12,765 bases of DNA from Nitrospinota bacterium (GTDB lineage: Bacteria; UBA8248), in the NCBI GenBank assembly GCA_030754595.1, contig JASLZZ010000012.1, positions 1-12,765 of the forward strand, written 5' to 3'. A model generated the notes under the pieces. It had not been told where the DNA came from. It saw only the letters and a list, made by a program, of their open reading frames with translations, and searched no databases. Positions 9,401 through 12,765 of this stretch are shown one piece after another. The first letter of the stretch is position 1, and each line of letters opens with the position of its first letter. Both the position numbers and the translations under genes were made by a program.

Positions 9401-10100
9401 CTATCTCAGGACCGGCGAATACACCGACGGGAATCTGGGCGAAATCTTCATCGACATGCACAAGGAGGGCGCCGCCTTCCGCAGCCTGATGAACTGCTTC
9501 GCCATCGCGATATCGCTGGGGCTCCAGCACGGTGTACCGCTCGATGAGTTCGTGGACGCTTTCGTGTTCACGCGCTTCGAGCCGGGCGGCATTGTCGAGG
9601 GCAACTCTCATATCAAGATGAGCACCTCGATCATCGACTACATCTTCCGCGAGCTGGCCCTCAGCTACCTGGGGCGTAACGACCTGGCGCAGGTCAAGCC
9701 CGAGGACCTGAGGGGCGACACCATCGGCCGGCCCGAGAACGAAATCCCAGAGTTCGACGTCGAGACCGAGGAAGTGGTCGAAACCTTGGAGGTGGACGTG
9801 GACGTGCCGCGCAGCGATCATCTCCACCTGGGCCAAAAAGATGACAACGGCAATTCTATTGACAATGGTGCTGACACACATAACGAAAACGAGAGAAAAG
9901 ATACAGAGCAAGACCTTATTTATACGAGAAGTTCTAGACCAGTTCCCGACCTTAAAGCACAAAATGCGAACCAAGTTGAATCAGCTCGAGTTAAGGGCTA
10001 CGAGGGCGAGGCCTGCGGCGATTGCGGGCATTTCACGCTCGTGCGAAACGGCACATGCCTCAAGTGCATGACTTGCGGTTCGACAAGCGGATGCTCGTAG
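6441..10100 (+). CDS. nrdJ: vitamin B12-dependent (class II) ribonucleotide reductase
   Basis: [43 protein letters not shown] (thiyl-radical Cys), [20 protein letters not shown], a C-terminal TSCPD-like domain ([11 protein letters not shown]...SIIDYIFR) and a Zn-ribbon CGDC...[19 protein letters not shown] upstream. Confidence 0.96.
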   Translation: MKFDRLFTFSGAGPYEDINFVPRTSRIINPDGTVVFEAKDILVPENWTQVAVDIIAQKYFRKAGVPAKLKKVAEYGVPEWLQRSEADEEALSTLPEDERFGMERDARHVFHRMAGCWAYWGWKHDYFGDGENARAFYDEITFMLAGQIAAPNSPQWFNTGLNWAYGIEGPAQGHHYCDPITGEVTRSKNAYERPQPHACFIQSVNDDLVNEGGIMDLWVSEARIFKFGSGTGSNFSNLRGANEPLSGGGKSSGLMSFLKIGDRAAGAIKSGGTTRRAAKMVILDADHPDIEEFINWKVREEQKVAALVTGSRTCNRHMNSIIAVCNPKDQAELNGGLYLLEENPVLRAAVRKARDAGVPDNYIHRALQLAKQGYKEIIFDELDTNWEGEGYATVAGQNSNNTVRLKDEFMKAVEEGGTWNLIQRTDGAVAKELEARDLWDQIGYAAWCSADPGLQFDTTINDWHTCPADGRINASNPCSEYMFLDNTACNLASMNLMRFLDTDTGGFRVDEYRHAARLWTTVLEISVLMAQFPSRDIALRSYQYRTLGLGYANLGTLLMVLGIPYDSPQAEAWCGALSAIMTGCSYAASAEIASEMGAFPRYDTNREDMLRVIRNHRRAAYGAPPAEYEDISKAPAGIDPSHCPPYLLSAARKAWDSALNLGEQFGYRNAQATVIAPTGTIGLVMDCDTTGIEPDFALVKFKKLAGGGYFKIINQSVPIALRRLGYGEEEIREIVAYCRGRGSLTNAPHINPESLIEKGFTEKTLESVEAALEGAFELPFAFSKYTLGEEFCREKLGLTDEQLGDWSLNLLEAIGFTPGEIREANDYVCGMVTIEGAPHLKEEHLGIFDCANRCGRGGKRYISPMAHVRMMAGAQPFISGSISKTINLPNEATIEEIQGLYHESWNRATKAIALYRDGSKLSQPLTTQLQTGLFDEDESDDKGAGESRPVHVAQQIVRRYMYQGRRRKLPTRRGGYTQKAIVGGHKVYLRTGEYTDGNLGEIFIDMHKEGAAFRSLMNCFAIAISLGLQHGVPLDEFVDAFVFTRFEPGGIVEGNSHIKMSTSIIDYIFRELALSYLGRNDLAQVKPEDLRGDTIGRPENEIPEFDVETEEVVETLEVDVDVPRSDHLHLGQKDDNGNSIDNGADTHNENERKDTEQDLIYTRSSRPVPDLKAQNANQVESARVKGYEGEACGDCGHFTLVRNGTCLKCMTCGSTSGCS

Positions 10101-10126
10101 TAGAGGCGCGTGACGACTGAATAATT

Positions 10127-10504
10127 TCCCGTCTCAGGGGTAACGGGCGGACTCTGTGGCGGGTAGAGGGCCGGTAGGCAGACCTTGGAGGTTTGGCTGC
10201 CGGCCCTCACCAAATACGAACTTCCTGGCGTGGGGCACACGGGCGGACTCTGCGTCAGGACGAGGGCCGGTAGGCGGACCTTGGAGGTTTGGCTGCCGGC
10301 CCTCACCAAATTACGAGTTTCCTGGCGTGGGGCACACGGGCGGACTCTGCGCCAGGATGAGGACCGGAAGGCGGACCTAGGAGGTTTGGCTTCCGGTCCT
10401 CGCCAAATACGAATTTCCTGTCGCGGGGCACACGGGCGGACTCTGCGGCGGGATGAGGGCTGGTGGGCGGCCTTGGAGGCTTGCTCGCCAGCCCTCGCTT
10501 TTTT
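10127..10504 (+). repeat. tandem array of four ~96-nt double-hairpin units (putative structured ncRNA)
   Basis: Unit starts are 10127, 10223, 10320 and 10416. The invariant ACGGGCGGACTCTG occurs at 10143, 10239, 10336 and 10432 (period 96/97/96). Each unit has two stems with compensatory substitutions. Confidence 0.92.
10455..10504 (+). terminator. intrinsic terminator formed by the last hairpin of the array
   Basis: GAGGGCTGGTGGGCGGCC-TTGGA-GGCTTGCTCGCCAGCCCTC followed by GCTTTTTT. Confidence 0.6.
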
Positions 10505-10539
10505 CGGCCCCCTTGCTTTATTTCGCCCTACACCGACGC

Positions 10540-10568
10540 TTGACACCGGCAGGGCGTTGGCCTAATTT
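10540..10568 (+). promoter_or_regulatory. sigma70 promoter of tRNA-Ala
   Basis: TTGACA (10540-10545), 17-bp spacer, TAATTT (10563-10568), 13 bp before the tRNA. Confidence 0.75.
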
Positions 10569-10581
10569 CGGGCTCCTGTGT

Positions 10582-10657
10582 GGGGGTGTAGCTCAGCTGG
10601 GAGAGCGCGTGGATCGCACCCACGAGGTCAGGGGTTCGAGCCCCCTCACCTCCACCA
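10582..10657 (+). tRNA. tRNA-Ala (anticodon CGC)
   Basis: Cloverleaf: acceptor GGGGGTG/CACCTCC with the G3:U70 Ala determinant, D arm GCTC/GAGC, anticodon stem CGTGG/CCACG with loop AT-CGC-AC, T arm AGGGG-TTCGAGC-CCCCT, discriminator A and encoded CCA. 76 nt. Confidence 0.97.
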
Positions 10658-10723
10658 ACAAAATCAACGGGTTACGGGTAAAGCCGGGCCCGTTAATTTG
10701 TTGAGGTAAGCACAAGGTAAGCA
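10657..10723 (+). other. tRNA 3'-flanking hairpin plus direct repeat; candidate att-site/integrase arm-site remnant
   Basis: Imperfect inverted repeat AACAAAATCAACGGG...CCCGTTAATTTGTT (10657-10702), then AGGTAAGCA twice (10704-10712, 10715-10723). Confidence 0.45.
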
Positions 10724-10774
10724 TCAGATTTCATCTGCATGACAAGCCCGCCATAGAAGCGCAGGAGGTCTCCT

Positions 10775-10990
10775 ACATTCGCAAAGCGGTTACGCGAGCT
10801 CACTCCCAATGAGATCCAGCAGCCCGTAACCGAGTCCGTGCAGGAAGGGCCTGATATCGAATTCAAGGCGACCCTGACGCCAGAATGGGTGATGACCCTT
10901 GGATTCAAAGCCAGGAAAGTATTGGAGACCGTGCCCGAAATGAAATAATTGAAGGGGTCATCGCCTTCGCCAATGCCCACGGGGGGACCG
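10775..10990 (+). pseudogene. Schlafen AlbA_2-type (putative DNA-binding/ATP-binding protein) N-terminal fragment, frameshifted and truncated
   Basis: After AGGAGG there is no ATG (ACA instead). The frame reads TFAKRLRELTPNEIQQPVTESVQEGPDIEFKATL, shifts near 10880, then reads GDDPWIQSQESIGDRARNEIIEGVIAFANAHGGT. E...EFK and AFAN..GG are the AlbA_2 signatures. Confidence 0.8.
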
Positions 10991-12088
10991 TTAGTGCCCC
11001 TCACCGAGGGGGAGCTTCACCACTTCTCCGGTGCGCGCCGATTCTTCCATCGCAATCGTCACTTCCAGCGTCTGGCGTGCCTCCTCAGCCGTGGCAAGGT
11101 GGCAGGGCCGCCCTGTCGAGAGATAATCGAGCCACCCGCGCGTCTCGTCACCGATAGGGCCATACATGTTGTCCAGCACCCAGTCTCCCGACGAAGTGCT
11201 ACCCAGGAATACCATCGGCAGGGAGTGATCGGGCACATAGGCATGCGGATAGCCTTTCTCGGTATAAAAAATATTCTCTTTATGGTCCTCATCGAACATC
11301 AAAACACCTTCCGTTCCGATTATTTCGAGACGGACACTCTGCCCCGCCGTGGGATATTTAGCCGGAAGGGAATAACAGATACCCAGATTCACCACCGCCC
11401 CGTCCTCGAACGTGATGATGGCCCAGCTGAGATCATCCGCATTGGGATATCCCGCCTCCTTGAAAACAATCCCATGCCCCCGGCAGATGACCTCGACCGG
11501 CCGGTTTCCCTTCATGAACCAGCACATCATATCGACATAGTAAGTCAAAACATCGAGAACGGGTGTGGCATCGGCCGAACGCTTGAGTATTTCGAGTGCC
11601 TGCGCCCGTGAGTTGAAGACTCGCCCCGTCGCGCCGACCAACGTGCCCAGCCGTCCTTCGTCTATCTGCTCCTTGCCCAGAAAATACTGCCGCTTGTAGC
11701 GCATGATGTATCCCACACGCAGATCGCCATTACTTTTTTCCACGGCGGAAAGCACCCTGTCCGCATCTTCGAGCGACATGGCAATGGGCTTTTCGACCAG
11801 GACGGGCTTGCTAAGCTCAAGAGCCTGCAAAATGGGCTCCACATGGGCGAACTCGGATGTGGAAATAATCACGGCGTTGACGTCGGGATGCGCGATTATC
11901 TCCTCGTTGCTGCCCGATGTGACCTGCGCCCCCACGCGCTTTCCGAGCGCTCCGGCGCGCTTCGGGTCCAGATCGGAAATCGCCAGGAATCGAACCGCCG
12001 GATGCTGAACGGCCAGGCGGGAGCGGTGCGTCCCGATACGGCCGGCTCCGATAACGGCAATGCCGAGTTCTTTTCTATCGAATCGCAT
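10991..12088 (-). CDS. Gfo/Idh/MocA family oxidoreductase
   Basis: IAVIGAGRIG Rossmann motif, VLVEKPIA, VGYIMRY, D..TYYVD, LEIIGTEG, ESARTG..VKL. The ATG at 12088 follows AGGGGTGG. Confidence 0.92.
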   Translation of the reverse strand: MRFDRKELGIAVIGAGRIGTHRSRLAVQHPAVRFLAISDLDPKRAGALGKRVGAQVTSGSNEEIIAHPDVNAVIISTSEFAHVEPILQALELSKPVLVEKPIAMSLEDADRVLSAVEKSNGDLRVGYIMRYKRQYFLGKEQIDEGRLGTLVGATGRVFNSRAQALEILKRSADATPVLDVLTYYVDMMCWFMKGNRPVEVICRGHGIVFKEAGYPNADDLSWAIITFEDGAVVNLGICYSLPAKYPTAGQSVRLEIIGTEGVLMFDEDHKENIFYTEKGYPHAYVPDHSLPMVFLGSTSSGDWVLDNMYGPIGDETRGWLDYLSTGRPCHLATAEEARQTLEVTIAMEESARTGEVVKLPLGEGH

Positions 12089-12107
12089 GAAACCACCCCT
12101 GGTGTGG

Positions 12108-12222
12108 CTAGAAGTCATTTCATAACCCATTCCCGAGGTTTCCACCCCTGTGAGAAGGCCGATAAAATCAAGGCCTTTGACGGACGAAGATTCCGCGAAA
12201 GAGGTTATGAAATGACCTCTAG
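12108..12222. mobile_element. MITE-like element (115 bp) with 20-bp terminal inverted repeats beginning CTAG
   Basis: Left end CTAGAAGTCATTTCATAACC (12108-12127). The reverse complement of 12203-12222 is CTAGAGGTCATTTCATAACC, a 19/20 match. The interior has no coding capacity. Confidence 0.65.
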
Positions 12223-12298
12223 AAAAATTCCACCTTCAAGCTATGATGTTAAACTCGACTTGGAACGTCCTAACCACGCATTCCCGCCAAAAAGCTAC

Positions 12299-12348
12299 AA
12301 ACCCCGTATAGGCAAGGAAATCCCTTGTTTATACGGAGTTTTTCTTTT
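12299..12348 (+). terminator. long hairpin followed by a T-rich tract (terminator-like or att-flanking)
   Basis: AAACCCCGTATAGGCAAGG-AAATC-CCTTGTTTATACGGAGTTT, then TTCTTTT. Confidence 0.45.
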
Positions 12349-12395
12349 GGATGAATGATACGGAGGGCGACCAAATTAGCTCTTTTTTGATGCCC

Positions 12396-12419
12396 AACCG
12401 GCACCAGAACCGGCACCAG
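12396..12419 (+). repeat. perfect 12-bp tandem direct repeat, possible integrase/excisionase binding sites
   Basis: AACCGGCACCAG twice, immediately upstream of the RBS of the excisionase-like gene. Confidence 0.55.
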
Positions 12420-12437
12420 ATCAAAGGAGCATAAATA

Positions 12438-12555
12438 ATGGAAACCACCGCAGAGCAATATCTCAGTACCAAAGAGCTTATGGCTCTCCTCGGCATATCA
12501 AGGTCCACCAACTACCTCCTGTTGGATGTTGGTCTTCCTTGCCTGAAAGTAGGGG
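12438..12555 (+). pseudogene. excisionase/AlpA-like helix-turn-helix gene interrupted by an IS3 element
   Basis: AAGGAG RBS. METTAEQYLSTKELMALLGISRSTNYLLLDVGLPCLKVG fits the Xis/HTH_17 pattern (yLt.kE.a..LgisrsT.Y.....glP..kvG). Similarity ends where the IS terminus begins at 12556. Confidence 0.75.
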
Positions 12556-12765
12556 TGAGGGTTCCCCAAAAACTGTTCCGGGCATTAGGTAAGGATTCCG
12601 GCATTAAGACAGGCCCGGCGAGCTAGGCCTGTCCGGGCAAATTCGCTGGGTGTTTTGTTTCCCAGCGATGAATGTGGTCTGAACTCGTTGTAGTCTTTTC
12701 GCCATGTTCTGATTTTGACCCGGGCGTCCTCCAATGACAAGAACCAGTTCACGCCCAGGCATTCG
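12556..12765 (-). mobile_element. IS3-family insertion sequence (IS407-group-like), right end; continues beyond the window
   Basis: On the minus strand the element ends ...CCGGAACAGTTTTTGGGGAACCCTCA-3', the canonical IS3 CA end, directly after the transposase stop codon. Confidence 0.85.
12585..12764 (-). CDS. IS3-family transposase OrfB, C-terminal 59 aa (not in the ORF track)
   Basis: Manual translation: [62 protein letters not shown]...WF.SL..AR..I..WR.DYN..RPHSSLG..TP.EF is the IS3 integrase-core tail. Confidence 0.92.
   Translation of the reverse strand, partial: ECLGVNWFLSLEDARVKIRTWRKDYNEFRPHSSLGNKTPSEFARTGLARRACLNAGILT

Noticed and set aside
809..9974. Long antisense or alternate-frame ORFs (for example 809-1792-, 2538-3347+, 6711-7532-, 8193-9146-, 9213-9974-)
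   Set aside because: These are shadow ORFs of high-GC coding genes, with no recognisable motifs.
6441..10100. Intein or intron in nrdJ
   Set aside because: Catalytic motifs ([14 protein letters not shown]) are uninterrupted. No C...HN splice motifs or LAGLIDADG blocks are visible, and the length fits long single-chain NrdJ.
10127..10504. CRISPR array or type III toxin-antitoxin repeat interpretation of the 96-nt repeats
   Set aside because: The whole unit is repeated, with no unique spacers. The period is much longer than ToxI-type repeats, and no cas or toxin gene is adjacent.
10127..10504. Hammerhead ribozyme, c-di-GMP-I riboswitch or integron attC identity for the repeat unit
   Set aside because: There is no CUGANGA...GAAA core. 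The resemblance to GEMM is limited to GCACACGGGC, with no GNRA loop/receptor, and the array lies downstream rather than upstream of a CDS. There are no RYYYAAC/GTTRRRY boxes or cassette ORFs.
9998..10565. ORFs 9998-10546(-), 10156-10380(+) and 10185-10565(+) with repeated peptides
   Set aside because: These are by-products of a GC-rich repeat. The 97-nt unit shifts the frame, and substitutions track base pairing rather than codon position.
12352..12385. Minus-strand TCGCCCTCCG as a tRNA 3'-end (att core) remnant
   Set aside because: Too short, lacks a TTCGA T-loop and CCA, and does not match the tRNA-Ala 3' end.

Overview
GC-rich bacterial window. The left part is housekeeping/metabolic: the 3' end of a class IV PLP aminotransferase, a KamA-family radical SAM protein, a convergent lpdA, two tandem GDP-sugar SDR (gmd/rmd-like) genes, the second broken by one in-frame TAA, and a class II B12-dependent ribonucleotide reductase (nrdJ) with a sigma70-like promoter and NrdR-box-like sites. 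Between nrdJ and a tRNA-Ala(CGC) lies the most unusual element: four tandem ~96-nt units, each forming two long hairpins with compensatory base changes, G-U pairs that work only on the + strand, GGA-containing loops, and a final hairpin followed by a T-tract. It looks like a structured ncRNA array that I cannot assign to a known family. Downstream of the tRNA is a decayed island-like region: att/arm-like repeats, a frameshifted Schlafen AlbA_2 fragment, a Gfo/Idh/MocA oxidoreductase with a 115-bp MITE-like element just upstream, and an excisionase-like HTH gene interrupted by an IS3-family element that runs off the window end. All family calls come from motif recognition by eye; no searches were run.
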